A stretch of DNA of 64,000 nucleotides from a virus. Shown here piece by piece: positions 19,498 to 31,194 of this stretch. A program made the translations under genes and the position numbers. Each line of letters starts with the position of its first letter. Within the stretch, counting starts at the first letter, position 1. The DNA lies in IMG/VR virus record IMGVR_UViG_3300005264_000005, positions 39,738 through 103,737 of that record, one strand, 5' to 3'. The notes under the pieces were generated by a model. It ran no database searches and had not been told where the DNA came from. It saw nothing but the letters and a program-made list of their open reading frames with translations.

Positions 19498-20097
19498 CTA
19501 CCGATTCATATTAGCCTTATAAGCACGAACCTGGTTAGATGTAATGCAATGTCCATCTGCTACAAGAATAGCAGCAATTTCATCAGACATAAGACCTGGA
19601 TTCTCATTAAGGCAAGCATACACTACTTCAGCAAAAGTAACAATAGCTTCTACTTCTTCCTCGTAATCTTCATCGTAATCTTCATTACAGTCATCATAGT
19701 GATCACATCCAGCACATTCATCATAATCTTCTTCGAGATCCACATCAATAGCAGGTGTAAGATTCTCAAACAAAGAAGTTAAAGTATCTGCTAAGCTGGG
19801 CTCAGTTTCAACAATTGGAGCTATTGGCCCAAATGAATATATAAAATATTCAACACCATTGCTAGCAGTTTTCTTTGACTGTACAATCTTAGACTTTACA
19901 CCGTTAATTGTTGGAGTAATGCCATGAGCATCAACCATCTCATAAATCTGATCCATAATATCGCTAACCTCATTAAGAGGCGCATCGTATCCAGCACCAG
20001 TAAGATAGTTTGTAATCTCTGACGCACAAACTTCACCATTATCTAACATGGCCCAATTCATAGTAATTCCAACAACATCAATGCTAATTTTTTTCAT
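19498..20097 (-). CDS. hypothetical acidic protein
   Basis: about 200 aa ORF with a D/E-rich tract. Confidence 0.55.
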   Translation of the reverse strand: MKKISIDVVGITMNWAMLDNGEVCASEITNYLTGAGYDAPLNEVSDIMDQIYEMVDAHGITPTINGVKSKIVQSKKTASNGVEYFIYSFGPIAPIVETEPSLADTLTSLFENLTPAIDVDLEEDYDECAGCDHYDDCNEDYDEDYEEEVEAIVTFAEVVYACLNENPGLMSDEIAAILVADGHCITSNQVRAYKANMNR

Positions 20098-20129
20098 AAA
20101 CTTATCCTTAATTATAAGTATCACTTTAC

Positions 20130-21629
20130 TTAAAGTGAGCTAATATTAAAATCTTCACCTAGCACATCTTGCCAAGTTTTATCGTCACGCCAACAGTTAA
20201 ACCTTGGAATAATAGCAGCCTTCTTAGTAAATTTCTGCGCAAGGATCTTCATTACACGTAATTTATAAACACTATCAAAGTTTTCTAGCGCCTCAGTATA
20301 GAACTTTTCCGTCCACCCCTTGCCAGTTCCAACTTCAAAGACTCTTCCTTCCGAGTCTCGAACGATGAACTTTCCAAGCATAGCTGGTTTCTTAGTACCA
20401 TCACTATTATACTTTTGCTTTTGTATAAGATAACCAATAATAACAACATCAGTTTCAACTTCTTCCTTAGACTTAATCCAAGACTTAGAACGAGTCCATT
20501 CATACTTATGTTTAGGGCGTTTAATGATGATTCCTTCGTATCCAGAGGCGATAACTTCCTTAGACCATACATTGGCCACACTATAAGTTTTAAATCGCTT
20601 AGAATCAAGAATATCAAGCTTAGTAGACAGGCTGTAAGCATGAATCATATTCTTAAGAACTACAAGATCAGCTCGACGCTCTTCATAGTTTTTCTTGCAG
20701 TCTTTTGCTTTCCATTCATTAATTGGCATAAGATCGAAAATAGTAAACTTAAGACGAGATAAGAACTCAGTGCATCTTACGTGATCAGCCTGATATTTTT
20801 CCCATCCCTTACCTACCTTACCACTCTTGCCACGATAGTCGTCTTCAGTCTTAGTAAAATCAAATCCATAAACACTCATGGTGTCTTCAAGATTATCATC
20901 TACACTGCATTCGCCCTCGAACATATAGTCTTCAAAGCTAGTACCGCTAACAACTTTTGCAATTAGCTTAGTAACATCTTTAAAGTTATATAATGGCAGA
21001 CCTTTACGACTAACAGGAACCTTAGCTAAGGTAAACTTCCCTCCTAGGACATCACTGCATTGTTCAACTTCCTGGAAGGTACGCATGCCATTTTTCTTTA
21101 ATTCACCATAAGCATAACCATCAATAAAAGTATCAAGATCTTCTTTCAGAATTTTACCGATCTGATCTTCTGGAGTAGCTAACATGCATTGCCAATACAG
21201 CACAGATCCAGGCCACACAGTATCCATAATCTTACGGCCTACCTTAGTAGATGCAATATCTTTTTTAATGCAGCGCTCATACCATTTCTTCTCAAGGTCA
21301 GATAGTAAATTACTCTGAAGAAAACTATTTATTGTAGCAATAGCAGAATGTCCAGTAATAACCTCATTAACAAGAGCATCAGTAAGTCGAATAAAAGTAT
21401 CCCAAGTAGATGAGCTAAGCTTGTGACTGCAACTTGAAACTGGATTAGCATCAACCTCTTTAAGTTCTTTAATATTAAACTTCACAGTATCACATACAGC
21501 TAGAACTAAAAATTCCTTAAGATGAGGTGTTATTTCATTAACTTTAAGGAGCTTAATTTTATCATTAGTTTTAGGTGTACATTCTAAGAGCTCAAGAATT
21601 TGAATAAACTCAGGAATTCTTTCACTCAT
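20130..21629 (-). CDS. lig: ATP-dependent DNA ligase
   Basis: ELKKNGMR motif I, SRKG, FEGE, FDL, EGIIIK, KYEWTRSKSWIKSK, R.DK. Confidence 0.9.
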   Translation of the reverse strand: MSERIPEFIQILELLECTPKTNDKIKLLKVNEITPHLKEFLVLAVCDTVKFNIKELKEVDANPVSSCSHKLSSSTWDTFIRLTDALVNEVITGHSAIATINSFLQSNLLSDLEKKWYERCIKKDIASTKVGRKIMDTVWPGSVLYWQCMLATPEDQIGKILKEDLDTFIDGYAYGELKKNGMRTFQEVEQCSDVLGGKFTLAKVPVSRKGLPLYNFKDVTKLIAKVVSGTSFEDYMFEGECSVDDNLEDTMSVYGFDFTKTEDDYRGKSGKVGKGWEKYQADHVRCTEFLSRLKFTIFDLMPINEWKAKDCKKNYEERRADLVVLKNMIHAYSLSTKLDILDSKRFKTYSVANVWSKEVIASGYEGIIIKRPKHKYEWTRSKSWIKSKEEVETDVVIIGYLIQKQKYNSDGTKKPAMLGKFIVRDSEGRVFEVGTGKGWTEKFYTEALENFDSVYKLRVMKILAQKFTKKAAIIPRFNCWRDDKTWQDVLGEDFNISSL

Positions 21630-22787
21630 ACTTTACTCCCAGCTAACTGCAGACTGGGCAGGAATAGCAGCAATGCCTTCCACGTACAGTACAATAAACT
21701 TCTTACTAGAATCATTTGCAGCAAGACGCTCAGCTTCAGCTACCGCTAAATTACGAGCGAAGTGAAAGGCGGGGTGATTAGACGCTGAAAACTCATTGTT
21801 GCTTTTCTTAACAGAAGCTACGATATAGCCTCCTGATTTAATTGTCGTATTAATATGTGTACAATTCATTATTTGCCTCTTTTTTTCTTTTTTTCGACTA
21901 TTAGCAATTTTAAAAAATACCTTTCGATATTCTTCACTTGAAACTGGCCAAATATCATTATTCATAATTTAGTTTTCTTTTTGAAGTAGTAAGAATGAAA
22001 TAATTCAAACCCTTTTACATTTTAATTATCTAATCACAAAATCCACAAACAACATTAAAATTATGCCAGATTACTTCATATCGATCATTATCTTCTTGTC
22101 GCTTAAGAACATGAGCAGTGAATCCAGCTTTCTTTTGAGTAGCCTCAATAGTTTTTGCTACAAGAAGTTGCTTAATATTAGCTCGTAAATGAATTACACC
22201 ATTCATTGCTTCCATTTTATTTCCCCTTAAACTTATCATAATCTAATTTAGATTCGCATTCTTCAGGATAACATCTTTGACTACCACAATTAGTGCAAGG
22301 ATCAGGTTCAAAAACTATGACTGTATCGCAATGCCTACATTTCCATTCAGCTTGACAGTCCATATACCCTATCAGTTGAACTTGGTCAGTTCCGCATATC
22401 AGGCATTTAGGAGAATTTTTACAAAGAAACTCTCTCCTATTTGTATAGGATTTAGCTTTATTATCAGTCAGCATCTTAGTAATAATAGCATCGGAAGCAA
22501 TATCATCACCATCAATACGTTCATACTCTAAGTTACTATTCATAGCTTCTGATTTAGTTTGTATTCTACTTTTAAGGCTATACATCACGAATCATATCTA
22601 TGTATAGTAGTAGCTATAAAAAGAAAACCAACTACAAGCGAAAGCATAATAGTTAAAAAAACTAAAAAGCTAAAGCCTGGCATAAACCATAATATGCCTA
22701 AAAATACAAAGAATATACCTGTAAAAATTCCAATAATAACTGGGAATACATCAAATAATGATCTTTTCCACTGGTTTAATTCGTTCA

Positions 22788-25700
22788 TTATAATAACTTA
22801 GCTCCTAACTCAGCAAGCTCACTTCTTTCGCCTTTAGTCAATGTTATGTGACCAGCTATACTAAGATTTTTAAACTTATCAACAACATAAGTTAATCCAT
22901 TGCTACTAGAGTCAACATAAGGATTATCAATCTGCTCAGGATCGCCAGTAAAGACGACTTTAGTGCCTTCGCCTGCTCGAGTAATAATAGTTTTTGCTTC
23001 ATGAGGTGTTAAGTTTTGAGCTTCATCTACAATGAGATATTGATCAGGAATAGAACGACCACGAATATAAGTAAGCGGAGCAACTTCAAGCTTACCCGCT
23101 TTTACAAGATAATCAGCAGGAGACATAGATACATCATTTTTATCTAAACTACCCTTGTGATCTCTTTTATTATCAGCCTTGCCAAGTAGAACTTCAATAT
23201 TATCCCAGATAGGTTGCATCCAAGGAGCCATCTTTTCATCCATTGTACCCAAACTAATGTTCAATGCAAGTCGTTAATTCGCATCCGCAATCTCATACCT
23301 AACAGAATAGCCATTCTTTTTACCAACTTCTTTTTTGATATTGGTCATATCTAAACTGGTCTTCACGCCAAGATTATTTTTAATCCAGGTTTCACAGTCA
23401 GTTTTTATGCCAATAAAAAGTAGCTTTTCTGTTAAGTTGTCAATTAAATTATATACAAAATTATTATTTTTATTACGTTGGTTTTCACTTCTAGTAACAA
23501 TCCTAATATTTCCAGGCTTATAGTTACTATTATTATTAATTCTATCAAGCTCGTAATTAAATGGTTCATCTAATAATAATTCAATCTTAGAATCATTTTT
23601 AATAGAAAACCACAACTCATAAACATTATTAAATTCACACCTAATGCCTCGACCACCATATCTTTCAAAGTCTTTTGCTTTAGGATTATTGCATCTCTGC
23701 AAAATAAACTCATAACGCTTATATATTGTTTTGTATCTATTGCTTTGATTATTTCCTTGTGAAAATGTAATCGGATATTTAAACTTACCGTTTGTTAAAT
23801 TATCAGATGCTATCCTACTAATAGAACCATCCTCAAATTCACAAAAATAAAATTTTGATCTTTTATCTTTAAGATCCTTGCCGACTATTTTTACAATCAA
23901 GTTACTAGAATTAATAAATTTTCTTCCAACGTAATATTTTTTACTTTTATAATTTGTACTAATTTTCATGACATAACTTCTTGAGATTACTGCTATATGT
24001 CTCCATATAGATCAGACTATATCTTGTTTAATTAATTATTTTTATGAGGACAAATGCCATTATTCTTGTGCTTGCCCACATTGCAATTCATGCAAAGAGT
24101 TTGAAATCCTAAAGGAAAGTTGTTTTTAACTAACCAATAATAAATATTATTATGTGATGTATCATTGCCTTTTCTATGCAAGTTGCCATCATTATTTATA
24201 TGATCTATGGTTAGAAATAAAGGTTCTGTTTCGCCACAACAAGCGCATTCCCATCCATAATGGGTAAATACATCTTCTCTTTGTTTGCGATACTGCTCCT
24301 TTTTTTGCGCTAAACGCTTTTCTTTATTTTTAATATACCACGCTGCACTATCTTTCCTGCGTTTTTGATTATAACAAATACTCTTCATCTTAAAGATTTT
24401 ATAGAACATTGTTAATAAAATAATAAATTAAACTCTCCCGTTTCGGCCCTACTTTAAAGCCTACGTCTTTCGACTAGTCGTTGAACGTTCTCCTGTTCGG
24501 AGCTTCGCTGCTGATTGTCCATATATCTATAATTTTCAAACATTCACGCCTAGGCATATTTCATCCTTACGTTGTAGTTTATAGATCTTAACTGGAGTTT
24601 CCAGCAATTAGAGAGATTTTATTTGCCCAGTACAGTTTTAGGCAAAAATCCAATATCCTGCTTACCTAATGCAATTACAGGTCTAGCAACAAGAACTCGA
24701 TCAAAAGGCTCCTCACCAGTATCGTCACTAGGTTCAGTAACGCCATACAATCCAGCAGCAATGGCAAGAAGAGTATTATGTGTAACAATAAAATCCTTAG
24801 TTACATATAAACTATTGCTATCCTCTACAGAGATGCATTGACATTCTTCCATCCCTACATTTTCAATGCTCTCAATATATCTGACAGGAACATACTTATC
24901 ATTAGGCTTATAAATAATAGATTTCCTAGTCAACCTGAAAGGACTTATTCCAGACGGCAAAACGATATTAACCTGAAAGGCCTTTTTGCCTTCAAGCTTT
25001 TGTTTATTATGGGTATAAAACTTAGTTTTTTCTTTCCACTTAGCTGTTCCACCAAGCGACTGAACAATAAAAACAATATCATCTCTAAGCTTTTCTGAAA
25101 CAGTAACAAAAAAAATATTTTTACCGGCTCTATAATCTAAAGTGCCATCAGAATCTAATAGTCCTTGTAAGATACTAATCCTATTTTCTGAACTAGTAAT
25201 CTTATAATCTTCAGGAATAAACTTATCTGCAGACTTACAACCATAAAGACCATATTCTTCAATGGCTACTCTAAGTGAATGCTTTTTATTGTTTCTCTTA
25301 ATTCGCTTAAAAGAATAATCATAATCAGACTTATGCTTAATGCAAGTATCTGATGGAAGAAGCTCAATAAAGGAATTTATAGTTTCCGTGTCAGCAGAAG
25401 AAAATAAAATATTGTAATCCAAGCATCCATCACCAAGGAGAAAGCCTAGTAAGTAAGGATCAATATTAATAGTTTTTGATACAAATTCAACCTTATCGAC
25501 AAGTGGGATTGAATGATTTCTTTTACCTTGCTTTCCATACCTAAGAGAATTCATAATCTCTTTAGTGGATCTAGTTTTAAAGCCCTTTCCTTGATCTCTC
25601 TCTAGTGAAGTTTTCGTATCCCACAAATGATCTAACGAACATCTTGTTGAGCTACCATCTGAAAATTTAATTTCATATATATCAAGCTTACCTTGCGGAT

Positions 25701-26607
25701 GAATTGATAATACTTTTGTTGGCTTACCAGATCTAGAGACTACCATATCACCAACTTCAACATCGCCCATGACTGTCCATCCATCAGGAGACAAAACAGG
25801 TTCGCTTAACGGTTGACTCTTTCCTGTACCCGCCTTACCTACAAGTGTTACTAGCTTAATATTAGGATCAAGTAATAAGTCCATAGCAAATCGTTGTTCC
25901 ATATTTCTAGGAATCAAGCCCATTGGAGCATTATCTTTAGTGATTTCAGTAATCTTAAAGACGCGACTAGTTGACTCATCATATCTAACTAAAGCTGTGT
26001 GCTTCTCGTTAACATCACTTACTAGCTTAATGCACTGATTTGGAACCCATCCACTATTTAAACTAATAGACTCTTCATTATATAAATCATCTATCATCTT
26101 CCTTGTAACCCAGCAGTTATCTTTACCAGTATACAGAGTATCAAAATCTACTCTATCATTCTTATATGACTCAGCTTTAACACCAATAGCATTAGCTTTA
26201 ACTCTTGCATTAGTGTCGTTAGATACAAAGATAACTTCCGTATCATCATTACCATGAAGAAAAGTAGAGTATAAATGAGCAACAGAAATAATTCTATTAT
26301 CATTAACTATCTTCTTCATTTCAGCAGGCATGCTAGTAAAGTATTCATCAGGACAAAATTCAATAGAAAGCTTACCTCCTACTTCAAGCTCAACGCCCTT
26401 ATCAAGTTCACCTTGCTCTCTAAGCTCATCAAGCTTACGTCCAATTTCACGAGCATTACGACCTATCTCACTCATATCATTCTTATGAGTATCAAGCTCT
26501 TCAAGAACTGTCATTGGAATAACAATATCATTACCATTAAACCTAAAAATAGAATGAGGATCATGCAAAAGCACGTTTGTATCAATTACGAACACCTTAT
26601 GAACCAT
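22788..26607 (-). CDS. phoH: PIN-PhoH (PhoH2-like) protein, spliced: exon1 26607-24640, exon2 23249-22788; contains an intein
   Basis: PIN IDTNVLL; GKAGTGK/T Walker A; splicing restores DIGFLP-GTMDEKMAPW; IRGRS, DEAQN, GDPEQID, RSELA. Confidence 0.9.
23274..23969 (-). CDS. intron-encoded HNH-type homing endonuclease
   Basis: RC.NP...F.RYGGRGI, ELDRINNNSNYKPGNIRIVT..EN. Confidence 0.8.
   Translation of the reverse strand: MKISTNYKSKKYYVGRKFINSSNLIVKIVGKDLKDKRSKFYFCEFEDGSISRIASDNLTNGKFKYPITFSQGNNQSNRYKTIYKRYEFILQRCNNPKAKDFERYGGRGIRCEFNNVYELWFSIKNDSKIELLLDEPFNYELDRINNNSNYKPGNIRIVTRSENQRNKNNNFVYNLIDNLTEKLLFIGIKTDCETWIKNNLGVKTSLDMTNIKKEVGKKNGYSVRYEIADAN
24032..24409 (-). CDS. intron-encoded HNH endonuclease
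   Basis: CACCGE...LTIDHINNDG...LCMNCN..K. Confidence 0.8.
   Translation of the reverse strand: MFYKIFKMKSICYNQKRRKDSAAWYIKNKEKRLAQKKEQYRKQREDVFTHYGWECACCGETEPLFLTIDHINNDGNLHRKGNDTSHNNIYYWLVKNNFPLGFQTLCMNCNVGKHKNNGICPHKNN
24775..25818 (-). mobile_element. intein (348 aa) with LAGLIDADG endonuclease in the PhoH Walker A
   Basis: starts SQPLSEPV, ends VTHN before T; LLGDG and GLLDSDG blocks. Confidence 0.9.
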
Positions 26608-26631
26608 GGTATATGCTCACTTTCTTATATT

Positions 26632-26708
26632 TGGTGTGGCGCCACGGTTTCGAACCGAGAAACACTTGAATCACAATCAAGCTGCGAACCAGTTTGCATT
26701 ACGCCACC
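26632..26708 (-). tRNA. tRNA-His(GTG)
   Basis: anticodon arm CTTGA-TTGTGAT-TCAAG, T arm, CCA. Confidence 0.75.
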
Positions 26709-26845
26709 ACAATTATTATTTTCTCTAAGTCCTTATGTCTCTATCTAAACACGACAATTAGGATACAGAAATCTAAGGTTACTTATTTTCTGGTCACTAT
26801 AGGCTTTATTTAGCTTTATGAACACCACAGTGCGTTCTAGGCTGA

Positions 26846-27355
26846 TTACTCATCACAAAGGTGCCCTAGCCCTACTAATGCGTCTAGATAGTCCCACATG
26901 CGCATTTCAACATCAGTGATATCATCTACATATAGAGTCTCTTTAAAGTATACATACTCTTTTACATACATAAGCCACTGTTTCTCTTTCTCATGCTGAG
27001 ACTGAGTCATATTAGCAATACGATCTGCAATTTTCAATATACGAGCAACAGTATTACCGGCAATAGCAGGATATGTTCTTTCTTGACGCTCTTTTCGATT
27101 CTTGCCACGCTTATCTGTTACAAGATAAACAAGGTCAGCCAAGTCTTTTCCAAATACCTCGAAAACATCCTCATATAAGCATTCAGTATCCTCAATTACA
27201 TCATGTAACCATGCACCAGAAAGAACTAATTCTCCATTACATCCAAACATTTTAAGAATATTATAGACTTGATTTAAGTGGAATGTATAAGGATAAATAC
27301 CATACATATCACCTTCGTGATACTTAAATGCTAATTCTTTAGCTTTAGTGATCAT
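26846..27355 (-). CDS. HD-domain (p)ppGpp hydrolase-like (SpoT/Mesh1-type) protein
   Basis: PYTFHL, WLHDVIEDT, KIADRIAN. Confidence 0.8.
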   Translation of the reverse strand: MITKAKELAFKYHEGDMYGIYPYTFHLNQVYNILKMFGCNGELVLSGAWLHDVIEDTECLYEDVFEVFGKDLADLVYLVTDKRGKNRKERQERTYPAIAGNTVARILKIADRIANMTQSQHEKEKQWLMYVKEYVYFKETLYVDDITDVEMRMWDYLDALVGLGHLCDE

Positions 27356-27509
27356 AACCCTCCAATTTAATTATTTACAGTTACATTTTTTCTTTTTTGC
27401 CTCAGCAATTAACCACTTAATATATCTTTTAACAAATAGTGATTGCGGAATAGTCATATATGCCAAAGCATTTTCTTCTTCCATAAATTCTTCTATTTCT
27501 TTTAACATT

Positions 27510-28217
27510 TTAATCTACATGCCTCTCACATACAATATGCTTAAAGCTACCATAAGCTTTAATATACGAAATTAAATTTAGTTCTGTGGTAATAGGAAAT
27601 GTTGTTTTATTCCAACAGAAATCTAAGCATAAAGGACTATGGGCATCACTATCGCAAACAGCAACTAAGTTTTCAAACTCTAAAGGCACATCACGATACT
27701 TGCCAAAGCAGTCAGAGGCACTGTTATAGCGCTCATAGCCATCAAGAGCTTTTGCGCCACTAGCTTCAATAAAATTAGGCCTATTATCATATGAGGCTAA
27801 GCATGGATGGCATAGAACAGTAGCACAATTATAGCATTCTCGTAAATTGATTAACTCATCAATCGAACACATATGTTCAGTCAAGGGATCATACTTACGT
27901 ATAATCTTTTTGTTACGCATTTTCAAAAGAGCTACAATAGCATCAGATCCAAATAACAGAACTTCCTCATATCTACCAATGCTAACCTCAGCACCAATAA
28001 TAACAGGATAGTTAAGTTCTTTTGATACAAGTTTAGCATCTTCTACTTGCCTAATATACTTCTCATAACTACTACTGTAGCTACTATCAGTACTATATAT
28101 ATGATCTGTAATTACACAAGCCGTAAACCCTAAAGACCTACATACTAAAGCCATATCAAGTACAGTACCAACACCATCGGAATATACAGAATGGGCATGT
28201 AAGTTTATTTTATACAT
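27510..28217 (-). CDS. PHP-domain phosphoesterase
   Basis: NLHAHSVYSDG, ITDH, CHP, SDAH. Confidence 0.85.
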   Translation of the reverse strand: MYKINLHAHSVYSDGVGTVLDMALVCRSLGFTACVITDHIYSTDSSYSSSYEKYIRQVEDAKLVSKELNYPVIIGAEVSIGRYEEVLLFGSDAIVALLKMRNKKIIRKYDPLTEHMCSIDELINLRECYNCATVLCHPCLASYDNRPNFIEASGAKALDGYERYNSASDCFGKYRDVPLEFENLVAVCDSDAHSPLCLDFCWNKTTFPITTELNLISYIKAYGSFKHIVCERHVD

Positions 28218-28232
28218 ATGAATCCTTTAAGA

Positions 28233-28320
28233 TGGTGGAAGAGGAAGGATTTGAACCTTCATCGGTTTAACCCTACACTTACTTTCCAAGCAAGCCTCTT
28301 GCCAATTAGAGTACTCTTCC
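28233..28320 (-). tRNA. tRNA-Ser(GGA)
   Basis: CTTGC-TTGGAAA-GTAAG, long variable arm, CCA. Confidence 0.85.
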
Positions 28321-28820
28321 GTCAACTTATATAACTAATCGTGGATCAAAAAACCCGGCCCAATACAATAAAATAAATTGCAGTAAGACACCTATAGCAG
28401 TAGCCTTAGCGCTATAAATAGTTGCTTCACCATCTTTATTTATATGAATAGAAAGTCCAAGCATTAATAAGCTACAGTATATAATTTGTGGTAGCATATC
28501 AAATACCTTTATTACTTAAGCAGTCACTAATCCATGCTGGCAATTGCTTACCTTCAAGATAATTAGAAAAGGTTTGCAAGAATCCAGGCATAGCTCTCTT
28601 AATGTCATGAGGAACATCTATGCTTTTCGCTTCAATAATATGGCGACCACGAACAGATGCTACAATTTCACCAAGATCACGATTAAAATCATCATGTTTA
28701 TTGCATTTAGAATACCCAATAATAGGCTTAGAGCCATTCTCTTCAAGGGTAATCATACCAATTTTCTGTCGCTTACTATTTCTTACATATTGCTTATTCA
28801 TTTATTTCTCCTAAAAATAT

Positions 28821-29051
28821 TTAAAGATTTACGTAAATGGTAGCAGTTATATTTCTACCAGCAGCATATGTATTAACCTTAACCTCTAGTCGATACTTGC
28901 TAAGTTCTGTTTTCGCTAAATGTTGCATCCTAAGACTATTGCCGCAAATAATAGCACATGTTTCACCGCATCCTAGATTGTCCTCAATGAAGCGCTTAAC
29001 AGTGTAGGCTACATCCATATGTCTTACACCATGAAGATCAAGATTCTTCAC
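28821..29051 (-). CDS. Smr-domain protein
   Basis: LDLHGV...IICGNS. Confidence 0.7.
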   Translation of the reverse strand: MKNLDLHGVRHMDVAYTVKRFIEDNLGCGETCAIICGNSLRMQHLAKTELSKYRLEVKVNTYAAGRNITATIYVNL

Positions 29052-29320
29052 GTATAATCTCGCTTATATAGTAGTGCTTGTCACTATCTCTACATTTAAA
29101 TCCAATCATGCGAGTATTTGTAAACCAGCCAAATGGACCGCATTTATATTCTTCATAGATATAACGACCAGCATTTTGTACTAATTCTAATTTACCGCAA
29201 TTCGGACACATCCTACCAGAAACAGAACTTATAGTCCAATGCTCAAACCATCCACATGTTTTACAAATTAATACATACTCATAATGGCCATATGTAATCT
29301 TTTTCATCTCAAAGCTTTCC

Positions 29321-29761
29321 TTATAATGCATCTCTTACAAGTTTAGATGCAAGCTTGCCATCATAGAGACCATTAAAATTACTTTTAAGATGAGACATAG
29401 CTTTACCCATAAGCTTCATGCTACGAGGCTCATTAAGTCCTTCTAAGAAGATCTCAATTTCACATGCAATATCAAACTCACTCATTTGCTGAGGAAGAAA
29501 GCTTTCAAGAATAACTTTTTCAGTTTTTAGAACATCAGATACTTCTCTACCGAGATCCAGCAACTTAGTACCAAATTCAACATTACCCTTAATAAAAACC
29601 TTAATCTTAGCAATACAATCCTGATCAGTAACAACACGCTGACCATCATTCTTGGCAACCACTTCAATATCACTCAAAAGCGTAGTAAGTAAGTTACTCT
29701 TCACTAAATCTTTTTCTATTCGAGCAGACATTCGCTCTTTTTTAATTTTACTATAAATCAT
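29321..29761 (-). CDS. GatB/YqeY domain protein
   Basis: E..ILESFLPQQMSE, MGKAM, DGKLASKLV. Confidence 0.85.
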   Translation of the reverse strand: MIYSKIKKERMSARIEKDLVKSNLLTTLLSDIEVVAKNDGQRVVTDQDCIAKIKVFIKGNVEFGTKLLDLGREVSDVLKTEKVILESFLPQQMSEFDIACEIEIFLEGLNEPRSMKLMGKAMSHLKSNFNGLYDGKLASKLVRDAL

Positions 29762-30099
29762 ATCTTACTTCACTCTTACCTTTCTGATATCCAATATCCC
29801 AAGAATAACGTTTTAAGTAATCATCAAAGAAGTCATATGAATTATCATATAGATCACCATTCTTAAATGCTTGAACCCCTTCTTTAAGCTCAGGCTCAAG
29901 ATGTCGTGTGCAAGCACTGCCTTTACATATCACTAATACATACTCCAAGGATAGCAAGAGATACACCTAAGCCAGTTATACTAATAGCCGCAGACTCTGC
30001 ATCAACACCAATACCAAGAATAGACATCCCAAGTATAAATGCAATCAGTCTAAACATCTTACTATCTATATCAAAATATTTTTTCATATAAAACCTTTT

Positions 30100-30173
30100 T
30101 GGTAGCTAGTCAAGGCTTCAAACCCCACTCTTCACTCTTATGAGAGATGATTATTCTCCACTGATCCTAGTCA
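30100..30173 (-). pseudogene. degenerate tRNA with CAT anticodon
   Basis: CTC-TCATAA-GAG, weak T arm, CCA end; poor D arm and acceptor pairing. Confidence 0.35.
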
Positions 30174-31194
30174 CAATAAATTAAGCATACAAATTAGAAA
30201 TAAACCTCATAGACTGACCACAACACTTAGGCGATGCATGAGGAATACCTTTCTTTGCATCTACGTGCTGTGTCTTGCCACACTTTTCACATTTAAATAG
30301 TTTTTGCATTATCGTCCTTCCATTCAAACGATTCTTCGTAAAACCCATGACAAGGTTGCCCATTGCGCATGTGATAAATAGGAAAAATAGTATTGTTAGC
30401 ATGCCTACCATTTCCTTTCGTATAACCCTTTACTTTAAGGCCACATATATTACATTTAACATATATCACTGTTCATCTTCAGTGAAGTAACGATAAATTC
30501 TTCTTACTGCAAATAGTGGCCAAGCTAATGCTATTGCAGACAGAGCTATGGCTAATGATACAAACAGTATCATTCCTATCGTTTCAATACTGGTGTTATT
30601 AAAAAGCTCATGTTGAGATATCTCTTCAAGAATATCATTCTTATCAATATACAAGGCATATAATACATATAATACTCCAAGTGCAATGTACAATATCATA
30701 ATTTTCTCCTTTATTTAGCTAATGCTTAACTAAACGCTCTCTCTTCACGCACGCGATCCGAGAGAGACATCAAGCTAGTATGCTAAGGCCTGGGTCCGCA
30801 GGATGGTATCAGGACATGACTCCAGTCTTCTCCATGCTTCCTTAACAGTGACTATAGTGGTTTTCCTAGGCATTTATATACCGGTATAGAGCGTATTTTC
30901 CACCAACGTACAGCCCGGTTTCTACCTTATTAAGCTCCTTGAAATGTGGAATAAGAATATTAATAAGATTGATCTTTCTAACAGTCCTCATCACCAGTGT
31001 TAATCAAATAAACATTATGCTTAGTCGCTCCACACCGATCACAAGAGCGCTTTTCCTTTAAGCCAACATTCATAGGCGTACCTATTTCAATATGACACTC
31101 TAAGCACATCCATATAATAGTCTTTTTTCTACTGGAGCAACTGCAATAATAGCAGAAGGCTCTTCTTCTGTTCTTAAATCATAATGATCCACAA

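Larger units (their letters stand above)
23250..24639 (-). mobile_element. group I intron in phoH
   Basis: P1 TTGCCT/GGGCAA with U-G splice pair, P10 TGTACT/GGTACA, core AATTGCTGGAA, ATCAGCAG, GTTCAACGACTA, GATATAGTCT, terminal G. Confidence 0.9.

Noticed and set aside
30720-31190. RNase P RNA or tmRNA
   Set aside because: No GAGGAAAGTCC core and no Ala-type acceptor; part is a probable short Cys-rich ORF
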